Positions 1-7,028 of a stretch of DNA of 12,864 nucleotides are shown piece by piece. The DNA lies in assembly GCA_036339875.1 (NCBI GenBank), contig JAYZAC010000009.1:1-12864 (forward strand). Direction: 5' to 3'. This stretch comes from a bacterium. GTDB taxonomy: Bacteria > Muiribacteriota > UBA6191. Numbering within the stretch: the first letter of the stretch is position 1; each line of letters begins with the position of its first letter. The position numbers were made by a program, and so were the translations under genes. The notes beneath the pieces are model-generated. The model saw only the letters and a program-made list of their open reading frames with translations. It was not told where the DNA came from and made no database searches.

Positions 1-132
1 CCGAGTGACTTGCACCCGAAGTGGCTGACCCAACCTGCTTGCAGGAGGGAGGTTCCTAAGGTGTGATTCGTAAGGGGGGTGAAGTCGTAACAAGGTATCC
101 CTACGGGAACGTGGGGATGGATCACCTCCTTT
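1..132 (+). rRNA. rrs: 16S rRNA gene, 3' end only (helices 44-45 and anti-SD tail)
   Basis: Universal GAAGTCGTAACAAGGTA motif, helix 45 CCCTACG-GGAA-CGTGGGG, and anti-Shine-Dalgarno tail GGATCACCTCCTTT ending near 132. The 5' part lies outside the window. Confidence 0.98.
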
Positions 133-281
133 CAAGGAGTAATTAAGTGGAGAGCGCAAGCAATCCACTCAACGAAACCTTGCTAGAGACTTCGGTTGAT
201 AGCAAGATCAAATACGAACGACAGAGAGTATTGTAAGAATATCTCAAAAAAACATTGGTTTCTTTCTTCAATCTTCTTTTT

Positions 282-355
<74 letters not shown>

Positions 356-422
356 CTAGTAAATTGGTTCTCTGGAATAAGAGGACAATGTAAGGCCCAC
401 TCGAGGGTCATTTTTAATGAAA

Positions 423-495
423 GGGTGATTAGCTCAGTTGGGAGAGCGCATGCCTTGCAAGCATGAGGTCAGCGGTTCGACCCCGCTATCATCCA
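423..495 (+). tRNA. tRNA-Ala (TGC), CCA not encoded
   Basis: Acceptor stem GGGTGAT(423-429)/ATCATCC(488-494) with the G3:U70 alanine identity pair, anticodon arm CATGC-CTTGCAA-GCATG with TGC at 456-458, T-arm AGCGG-TTCGACC-CCGCT, discriminator A495 followed by TAT. Confidence 0.98.
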
Positions 496-503
496 TATAG
501 CAA

Positions 504-548
504 AATAAGGTCTTTAAACATATTGTTTGAAGGCCTTATTCTTTTCTT
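504..548 (+). terminator. Intrinsic terminator closing the 16S-tRNA-Ile-tRNA-Ala transcript
   Basis: 17-bp stem AATAAGGTCTTTAAACA(504-520)/TGTTTGAAGGCCTTATT(524-540) with two G:U pairs that only form on the + transcript, followed by CTTTTCTT. It starts 8 nt after tRNA-Ala. Confidence 0.75.
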
Positions 549-779
549 CAAACATCACTAAAGTAGGTTCAGTCTTGAAAAATTTTCAATAATCTAGAGA
601 GGTATGTGTGCAAAAATAAAAATTTTAGTTTTTTTAATAAAAAATGGTCCATTCTGGAAACTAATCGATTTGATGTTCGTAGAACAATCATCTGGTAATA
701 ATCATGGCTTTTTAGGGGCCTAGAAGGTTACCAAAGAACATAAACATACGATTGAAAAAAATAGAGAAAAATTAGGGGC

Positions 780-807
780 TTGACGGTCCAATAATGCTAA
801 TTACAAT
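780..807 (+). promoter_or_regulatory. Putative sigma70-type promoter of the S8 protease gene
   Basis: TTGACG(780-785)-N16-TACAAT(802-807). SD AAGGAG at 875-880 precedes ATG 890. Confidence 0.55.
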
Positions 808-889
808 TACGTGAGCAATTCGCGTGTCGGAAAGACTGAATTAAGATAAATAGAATAAAAAGCTTGAATTAAACAAGGAGATTATCGGA

Positions 890-2275
890 ATGAAAAAGTT
901 TGTTTTTGCTTCAATGACGCTCATTTATGGCGCTGCTTTGAATCTTAGTGCTGCTGAGGTTACTTATGATGTAGTCAAGGCCATGGAGGAGACTGGTAAT
1001 GCTAAGATTATTATCACTTTCAAAGATAAGACCAATCGTAGCAAGTTAAAGCGTAAGAGTTCACTGAAGGAAGTGAATCGCCAACTGAAAGCAAACTTCA
1101 AGGCTGCTAGCCGAGAAGTACTAGATGTATTGGAAACAAAAGGTAAGATGGGTGCAGGTCAGGTGACGGGACAATATTGGGCAGCTAATGCCGTCTCAGC
1201 GACCGTTGACAAGAAAATGCTAAGTCGTTTAAGTGGCCGCGATGATATTGCACAGATTACTCTTGACCGAGTAATAATGTTTGAGGAGCCACCTCAAGTA
1301 GAATCTACTGTGAAAGATGGTCAAGATTGGACTTATGGATTAAAGAAATTAGGAGTACCTGAGGTCCGTCAATCATACAATTTGACGGGAGACGGAATCA
1401 CTGTCGCAGTATTAGACACTGGGATTGATGCTGAACATCCTGATTTAGCTGGTAAAGTTGTCGCCTGGAAAGATTGGGCAGGAGATAGCGAGGAGCCCAA
1501 AGATGCCCATGGGCATGGTACTCATTGTGCTGGTACTATTGCTGGGGGAGCAACATCGGGGCGAGCAATTGGTGTAGCGCCGGATGCTAAATTAGTTATA
1601 GGAAGAATTTTTGGAGATAACGGTAGTGCAACTCTGTCCGGTATTCTTGGTGCCATGAACTGGGTTACTGATCCAGACGGGGACGCTGAGACTAATGATG
1701 CTCCACAGCTGGTGTCCAATTCATGGGGTGGAAAGCAAGGTAGTATGGAATCAGAGAAGTCCATGTGGAATCTTGTAAAAACATGGCGCTCATTAAATAT
1801 TGTTCCTGTATTTGCTGCTGGTAACAGTGGTCCTTGGCCTAAAACTGTAGGTACTCCCGGTGGATACCCTCATTCTTATGCCGTGGGAGCTACTAATGGA
1901 TCAGATAAGGCAGCTTATTTTAGTTCTAGAGGACCAATAAAATGGGAAGATGTAACATACACAAAACCAGACATTTCTGCACCTGGCGTTGGCGTTCTAT
2001 CTGCAAAGCCTGGAGGCGGTTATCAGAAGATGAGTGGAACTTCCATGGCTTGTCCTCACGTTGCAGGTCTAGTAGCACTTATGCTGCAAGCAAATCCTTC
2101 ACTATCTGTTAAGCAGGTGGAAGAGCTACTCAATAGTAGTGCGGTAGATTTAGGTAAGGATGGTTTGGATAATACCTATGGTCATGGTCGGGCAGATATT
2201 AAGACTACGATCGATACGATTAAAGGTGCGAAAGACGGTCAGGAAGATAAATTTAACAGTCTTTTTACTGAATAA
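890..2275 (+). CDS. Secreted subtilisin-like serine protease (peptidase S8) with signal peptide and inhibitory propeptide
   Basis: Signal peptide MKKFVFASMTLIYGAALNLSAA, about 120-aa I9-like prodomain, catalytic motifs VAVLDTGID (Asp), HGHGTHCAG (His), FAAGNSG (oxyanion Asn), SGTSMACPHVAG (Ser), terminal YGHGRAD. Good RBS. Confidence 0.96.
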   Translation: MKKFVFASMTLIYGAALNLSAAEVTYDVVKAMEETGNAKIIITFKDKTNRSKLKRKSSLKEVNRQLKANFKAASREVLDVLETKGKMGAGQVTGQYWAANAVSATVDKKMLSRLSGRDDIAQITLDRVIMFEEPPQVESTVKDGQDWTYGLKKLGVPEVRQSYNLTGDGITVAVLDTGIDAEHPDLAGKVVAWKDWAGDSEEPKDAHGHGTHCAGTIAGGATSGRAIGVAPDAKLVIGRIFGDNGSATLSGILGAMNWVTDPDGDAETNDAPQLVSNSWGGKQGSMESEKSMWNLVKTWRSLNIVPVFAAGNSGPWPKTVGTPGGYPHSYAVGATNGSDKAAYFSSRGPIKWEDVTYTKPDISAPGVGVLSAKPGGGYQKMSGTSMACPHVAGLVALMLQANPSLSVKQVEELLNSSAVDLGKDGLDNTYGHGRADIKTTIDTIKGAKDGQEDKFNSLFTE

Positions 2276-2328
2276 TTCAGTCTAATAATTCCGATATTCT
2301 CTACAATCTACAGGATTGTTAGTAATTT

Positions 2329-2360
2329 ATCCCTCAGCGACTACCGCTGGGGGATTTTTT
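2329..2360 (+). terminator. Intrinsic terminator after the S8 protease gene
   Basis: GC-rich stem ATCCCTCAGCG(2329-2339)/CGCTGGGGGAT(2345-2355), 5-nt loop, then a T-run to 2360. Confidence 0.85.
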
Positions 2361-2377
2361 ATGTTCTCATAATATTC

Positions 2378-2638
2378 ATGGCAGTTAAGCTGATTGAACA
2401 GTATTCGCAATTATTAGAAGACTTAAAGAGAGCACGCAAAAACGCTCGTCATTATAACCAGTCAAAGAATGCGCATGCTTCTGAGGCAGCACGAAACTTA
2501 ATGGCGGCTCAACGCAGAATTAGTGAATTCTTGAAGCCATTGGACTCCGGTAGTCTCATATCAATTTATGAATCGCGTTTTGAGCGATCAGCAGGCTATG
2601 AAGAAGCTGTTTTAATTCAGAAATTAAGTCGAGTCTAA
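2378..2638 (+). CDS. Small hypothetical helical protein (86 aa)
   Basis: The ORF fills the gap between the terminator and wza and has amphipathic-helix-like composition. No clear SD and no family recognised. Confidence 0.55.
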   Translation: MAVKLIEQYSQLLEDLKRARKNARHYNQSKNAHASEAARNLMAAQRRISEFLKPLDSGSLISIYESRFERSAGYEEAVLIQKLSRV

Positions 2639-2705
2639 TCTCTTAATTGTTTGTAGTTACTGCTTGCTTACTGAAGTCTTTTTATCACATGCTTTTTTCG
2701 GCAGA

Positions 2706-2714
2706 TGTTACAAT
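2706..2714 (+). promoter_or_regulatory. Putative extended -10 promoter element for the wza-wzc-wzy unit
   Basis: TG-T-TACAAT matches TGn-TATAAT and lies 23 nt upstream of the likely start ATG 2738. Confidence 0.4.
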
Positions 2715-2737
2715 GTGCCACTTTGTATGGGGTACAC

Positions 2738-3628
2738 ATGAAAATTACCGTAATCATTTTTTGGCTCATCGGCGGCCTGACCACAAATCTGTTAGCTCAA
2801 ACCGCTTCTCATATACGGGAAATCTCCATTGCTAAAGATTTAGTTGATCGTAAATATTATTTAGGTCCTCGAGATATTTTAGAAATTACTGTCATGGGTC
2901 TCAAGGAATTTGAGCGTAAAGGATTAGGCGACGAACTAGAGTTTGTAATAAACGAAGATGGTTATGTAAATGTACCACTAGTTGGTCTGGTAAAAGCAGA
3001 AGGAGAAACCAGCTCTAAATTAACAAAAAGTCTGACACAACGATTCAAAAAATACGTGACTGAACCACAAGTATCAGTAGTAATAAGACATTACAGAAGT
3101 AAGTTAGTTCACGTACTCGGTAAGGTTTATGACAATGGAGCGATCGCTCTAAAGTATGAAAATACTACCTTATTTGAAGTTCTTGCTGAGGCAGGTGGTT
3201 TTTCTTCTAAGTTACCTAGTCTGGAGGGTATTGCACTAAATCAACCTGATATGAGAAATGTGTACGTGATTCGCCAGAACAAAAAATATGTCGTAAATAT
3301 TTATGATCGATTAATAGATAAGGCTGATGATAAGCCATTTTTTGTAAAACCCGGTGATAAGATTTTTGTTCCAGAGCCTGTGCAGACTATATCAGTGCTG
3401 GGTGGTGTTAAGAAAGCCGGGTCCTTCGAATTAAAAAGTGGATTGAGCTTGTTGCAAGCCATTGCCATGGCAGGTTCTTTTGTTGAAGACTCCAGGCGCG
3501 ATCAAGTACAAATTATTCGAAAAGGGATAAAAGCACCCATAACAGTAAATGCTGTGCGTATTGTTAAAGGCCGATCTGAAGACGTAAAACTGAAGCCAGG
3601 AGATGTGGTTTATGTGGCAGAGTGGTAA
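2738..3628 (+). CDS. wza: Polysaccharide export protein (Wza/OPX family; Poly_export domain plus two SLBB domains)
   Basis: YYLGPRDILEITV...INEDGYVNVPLVGLVKAEG...YVTEPQVSV Poly_export signature, then SLBB repeats (VHVLGKV...TLFEVLAEAGG...VKPGDKIFVP and ISVLGGVKKAG...LLQAIAMAG...LKPGDVVYV). Start moved from 2705 to ATG 2738 because GGGGT SD precedes it and it opens a signal peptide. Confidence 0.9.
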   Translation: MKITVIIFWLIGGLTTNLLAQTASHIREISIAKDLVDRKYYLGPRDILEITVMGLKEFERKGLGDELEFVINEDGYVNVPLVGLVKAEGETSSKLTKSLTQRFKKYVTEPQVSVVIRHYRSKLVHVLGKVYDNGAIALKYENTTLFEVLAEAGGFSSKLPSLEGIALNQPDMRNVYVIRQNKKYVVNIYDRLIDKADDKPFFVKPGDKIFVPEPVQTISVLGGVKKAGSFELKSGLSLLQAIAMAGSFVEDSRRDQVQIIRKGIKAPITVNAVRIVKGRSEDVKLKPGDVVYVAEW

Positions 3629-5741
3629 GACAGTTCATTTGAATGATTACTTAAAAATCATTCAAAAGAAATCTGGATTGATAGTTATAGCCTGTATCGT
3701 CACGTTCATTTTTACTTTTATTCTGAATCAAACAATATCACCCGTCTATCGCGCCGAAACTCGTCTATTAGTTGAGGAAAAGCTTCAAGATGTTAATTTA
3801 ACCCGTAATATGCTTATGCCATATCAAAAAGAATTTTTTGAAACGCAGCGACAGATTTTAGAAAGTAACCCAGTGTTTGAGTCTGCCGTAGTGAGTTTAA
3901 GACTTCATGAAAAAATTCATGAATCTGGGTGGCTCGACGCTGTAAAAAATCGATGTAAGAATTTACTAGGTTTGAATTATGAATTAAGTCAAGATCAACT
4001 TAAGCGGGACGCTATCGAAAAAGCAATCAAGCGCCTCCGAAAACAGGTATACATTGAAAGCTTACGCGGTACTAATATCATAGTTTTGCAAATTGAAGGT
4101 AAAGACCCTGAGTCAGTAAGAGATCAAACAAATGCTCTAGCTTCCGCATTTATGCAAAGATCCTTAAATTTGAAAAACAAGGATTCTCGCGAGGCTTCTC
4201 AGTTTTTGAGGAATCAGTTAGGAAGTATTCAAGGTAAGCTTGAAGCTTCAGAGAAAAAACTTGAGGAGTTTCAGTTTAGTAAGGAAGCTATCTCACTGGA
4301 TAAGCGAATTGAATTTTTAGTGGAAAAACAGTTGGTAGTGGCTGAAAAAGAGCATGAAGATGCTCTCTTGGAACTTGAGCAAGAGCGCGAAAAAGTGGAA
4401 GTTTTACATGCTCAAGTGAAGAATGAGCGCTCTAAAAAATCGGTTGGCGATCGAGGTACTCTAAAATTATTAACGGAGCAGCAATTGCTACTAGAGCTAA
4501 AGCTAAATGAATTGAAGCGTAAATTTACGAATCAGCATCCCGAGGTAGTTGCATTACGTAAAAGTTTGGATTTACTTTTAGGAAGAATTAAAGAGCAAGA
4601 AAAGCAAGGGCAAGCAGGGGAACAACAAGCTGGTAGTGAGTTTTTACAGAGCCTTGAAAAGGAGTTTTCTGAAGCTCAGCGAAACTATCGTGTCATCGCA
4701 GTAAGAGAACAGCAGTTACGAGATCAGCTTCAGCGTTATCGTAAAAAATTACAAGGTTTGCTAGCAAAGAAATCAGAATTTCTTGTGCTGCAGAGAGAAA
4801 TGCAGGCTAACGAGAAGTTATATGAATTGGTTCTTCAAAAAGAGAAGCAAGTGGGAGTTGAGTCGACTTTGAATGTGGGCCATATTAAGCAAGTAGCGAA
4901 GGCAACTTTGCCAGTCTATCCAGTTAAACCCAAAAAATTATTGAATTTGATGATATCTATTTTTGTAGGAACTCTATTAGGAATCGGTTTGGCATTTTTA
5001 CAAGAATATATGGACCTAAGCCTTAAAACTAGAGAAGAGTTTATCTCTCTTTTAGATGATATACCACTCCTCGGTGTTTTACAGGAGGAAAAATGGATTA
5101 AAAAAGAGCGCCATTTACTGCCAACTCTGTGCTCTACGAATCCAAATTCAGCTTTAGGAGAAGCCTTTAAGATTTTAAAGGCGAATCTTCAATTGTATCT
5201 GAGTCAAGGAAAGAATCGTTTCTTGATAACTTCTTCCCTACCCTCTGAAGGTAAATCCACGGTAGTTTCAAATTTAGCAATAACTTTTGCGCGATCTGGT
5301 AAGCAGGTACTCTTGATGGATTGTGATCTCCGTAAACCAAAGATTCATCAACATTTTCAGACTGTTAATCAAGCTGATAATACTTTGAAAACTCAAATTG
5401 AAGGACTATTCCTTTGGAGAGCTCCTCAAATTGAAGATCCAACAGTGTTTATTGAGAAAGAATTTTCTAACTTACTCGAAAATTATGGTAAACAATTCGA
5501 TTTAGTTCTAATTGATTCAGCTCCGGTGAATATTGTTGCAGATACAGCAACTTTACTTCGAGAGGATTTATCAGTTTTATTTGTAATGGGTGCTGGCGTC
5601 ACCACAGAACCTGAGATTCAAAGAGCCCTACAGATCTTTGAGAATCTACAAGTGAATATCTCAGGAGCAATAATATCTAGACTGGATGAAGGTTTGGCTA
5701 GTCAGGATTATAACTCTTATTACGAAAGTTATTTTAGTTAG
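3612..5741 (+). CDS. wzc: Wzc/GumC-type polysaccharide co-polymerase with C-terminal BY-kinase domain
   Basis: N-terminal TM plus PVYRAETRLLV, long periplasmic coiled coil containing FTNQHPEVV, PVYPVKPKK plus second TM, Walker A SSLPSEGKS, A' LMDCDLRKP, B VLIDSAP, C-terminal Tyr cluster DYNSYYESYFS. AGGAG at 3598-3602 favours ATG 3612 over 3603. Overlaps the wza stop. Confidence 0.93.
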   Translation: MWQSGKTVHLNDYLKIIQKKSGLIVIACIVTFIFTFILNQTISPVYRAETRLLVEEKLQDVNLTRNMLMPYQKEFFETQRQILESNPVFESAVVSLRLHEKIHESGWLDAVKNRCKNLLGLNYELSQDQLKRDAIEKAIKRLRKQVYIESLRGTNIIVLQIEGKDPESVRDQTNALASAFMQRSLNLKNKDSREASQFLRNQLGSIQGKLEASEKKLEEFQFSKEAISLDKRIEFLVEKQLVVAEKEHEDALLELEQEREKVEVLHAQVKNERSKKSVGDRGTLKLLTEQQLLLELKLNELKRKFTNQHPEVVALRKSLDLLLGRIKEQEKQGQAGEQQAGSEFLQSLEKEFSEAQRNYRVIAVREQQLRDQLQRYRKKLQGLLAKKSEFLVLQREMQANEKLYELVLQKEKQVGVESTLNVGHIKQVAKATLPVYPVKPKKLLNLMISIFVGTLLGIGLAFLQEYMDLSLKTREEFISLLDDIPLLGVLQEEKWIKKERHLLPTLCSTNPNSALGEAFKILKANLQLYLSQGKNRFLITSSLPSEGKSTVVSNLAITFARSGKQVLLMDCDLRKPKIHQHFQTVNQADNTLKTQIEGLFLWRAPQIEDPTVFIEKEFSNLLENYGKQFDLVLIDSAPVNIVADTATLLREDLSVLFVMGAGVTTEPEIQRALQIFENLQVNISGAIISRLDEGLASQDYNSYYESYFS

Positions 5742-5746
5742 TCAAA

Positions 5747-7021
5747 ATGTTTTCACAACCAAAACTTTACGGCCTGTCGGGCTATTTAATAATTGGCGGA
5801 ATATCTTTCATTCTCTTCGCAGGAACTATCTTGCGTGGCGTAATTTATCCAACTGAAAAGGCAATTTTTGGTATGGCTATATTGATTCTATGGTCTTTAC
5901 AGCAATGGCGAGGATGGTTGAAAAATCGTAAAGCTTTACAGTTAAAAGAATGGGAGAGCTTTGATGTAAAACTGGCTACTTTAGCTCTAGTAGTTGCAGG
6001 TATCTCTGCATATATAAATGGTAATCAGGATAGTTTGATTAGATATGCTGACTACATCAGTCTATTTTTATTCTATTTGCTTGTTAGAACTTCCTTTTTG
6101 CGACGTAAGCGTCGGCAAAAATTTTTAAGTTTTATTATTTTATTGGGTGTTTTTCATTCTATTCTTGGGTATGTCTATCTTCTCGACTTATTGCCACACC
6201 CATGGTGGGAAAAGCCAAATTTTTTATCTGGTACATTTGTTAATCATAACCACTATGCTGGATTGCTGGAACTTACCTTCTTTCTTAGCTTTGGAAGGTT
6301 ATTAGCAAATCGACAAGAGGGACTTATTGTTAACTTTTTGTATTTGGCAGTGTTGTGGATTGCTCTGTTGTTAAGTCTAAGTCGTGGAGCCTGGGTATCC
6401 GTATCGATTACTTTATTCATTGCAGGTTTTTTACTTGTTGGTGATCGAAGCCTTAGAGCTTTGGGACTTCGAATAATAGGAGTTCTGATTATTGGAATAT
6501 TTATTGTGGGGGTTTATGTTTTTTCAGAGATAAATCCAGCATTAACTGCTCGATTCGCCAGCTTTGGAACCAAGCAGGGACAGTTTGAATTTATTGATTT
6601 CAGAATTAAGCTCTGGCAGAGCACCATTGCTGCTATTGAAGATCGACCCTTATTGGGTCATGGACCTGGAGCTTTTGAATGGGCTATGCGACCTTATCGT
6701 CGTAAGGGTTTCGAATTTGCTTTCGATTATGCCCACAACGACTGGCTGCAGTTTGCTATGGAGTGTGGTTTAGTATTCATTTTCATTGGCCTAATTTATT
6801 TCGTATTCTTTTTTGGACGCATGTTAAGAAAACTACGATCTCAAAAACTTAGTTTTTTTCGTTTTGAAGAGTTTGGATTGGGGTTGGGAGTATTGTGCAT
6901 ACTGATTCATGGAGTTGTTGATTTCAATTTGCATATCTTATCTAATGCAATTCTTTTTATGACATTCTTGGCGTTGGGGATTACCAACGTTACAGAAAGG
7001 TCGCAAACAAGCTCAGGGTGA
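5747..7021 (+). CDS. O-antigen ligase / Wzy polymerase family (Wzy_C) polytopic membrane protein
   Basis: About 11-12 hydrophobic segments and motifs GTFVNHNHYAG, LSLSRGAW, RIKLW, PLLGHGPG, AHNDWLQFAMECG, IHGVVDFNL. Starts 5 nt after the wzc stop. Confidence 0.9.
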   Translation: MFSQPKLYGLSGYLIIGGISFILFAGTILRGVIYPTEKAIFGMAILILWSLQQWRGWLKNRKALQLKEWESFDVKLATLALVVAGISAYINGNQDSLIRYADYISLFLFYLLVRTSFLRRKRRQKFLSFIILLGVFHSILGYVYLLDLLPHPWWEKPNFLSGTFVNHNHYAGLLELTFFLSFGRLLANRQEGLIVNFLYLAVLWIALLLSLSRGAWVSVSITLFIAGFLLVGDRSLRALGLRIIGVLIIGIFIVGVYVFSEINPALTARFASFGTKQGQFEFIDFRIKLWQSTIAAIEDRPLLGHGPGAFEWAMRPYRRKGFEFAFDYAHNDWLQFAMECGLVFIFIGLIYFVFFFGRMLRKLRSQKLSFFRFEEFGLGLGVLCILIHGVVDFNLHILSNAILFMTFLALGITNVTERSQTSSG

Positions 7022-7028
7022 ATCGGTC

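Noticed and set aside
496..889. Prophage or island integrated at tRNA-Ala explaining the missing 23S
   Set aside because: No integrase, transposase or duplicated tRNA 3' end seen in the window, and downstream genes look chromosomal. A distant att site outside the window cannot be excluded.
1522..1764. 80-aa minus-strand ORF
   Set aside because: Antisense shadow inside the S8 catalytic domain, with no independent signals.
2270..2297. TCCGATAT as a third sigma28-like -10
   Set aside because: No matching -35 at the right spacing, and it lies just upstream of a terminator.
2705..2737. Longer wza start at 2705 containing a Cys (MLQC)
   Set aside because: Not a lipobox context and no SD. This stretch looks like the promoter/5' UTR, and ATG 2738 gives a proper signal peptide.
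2647..2835. 62-aa plus-strand ORF
   Set aside because: TTG start without SD, overlaps wza in another frame, and has atypical composition.
6564..6773. 69-aa alternative-frame ORF
   Set aside because: Nested within the conserved Wzy_C domain.
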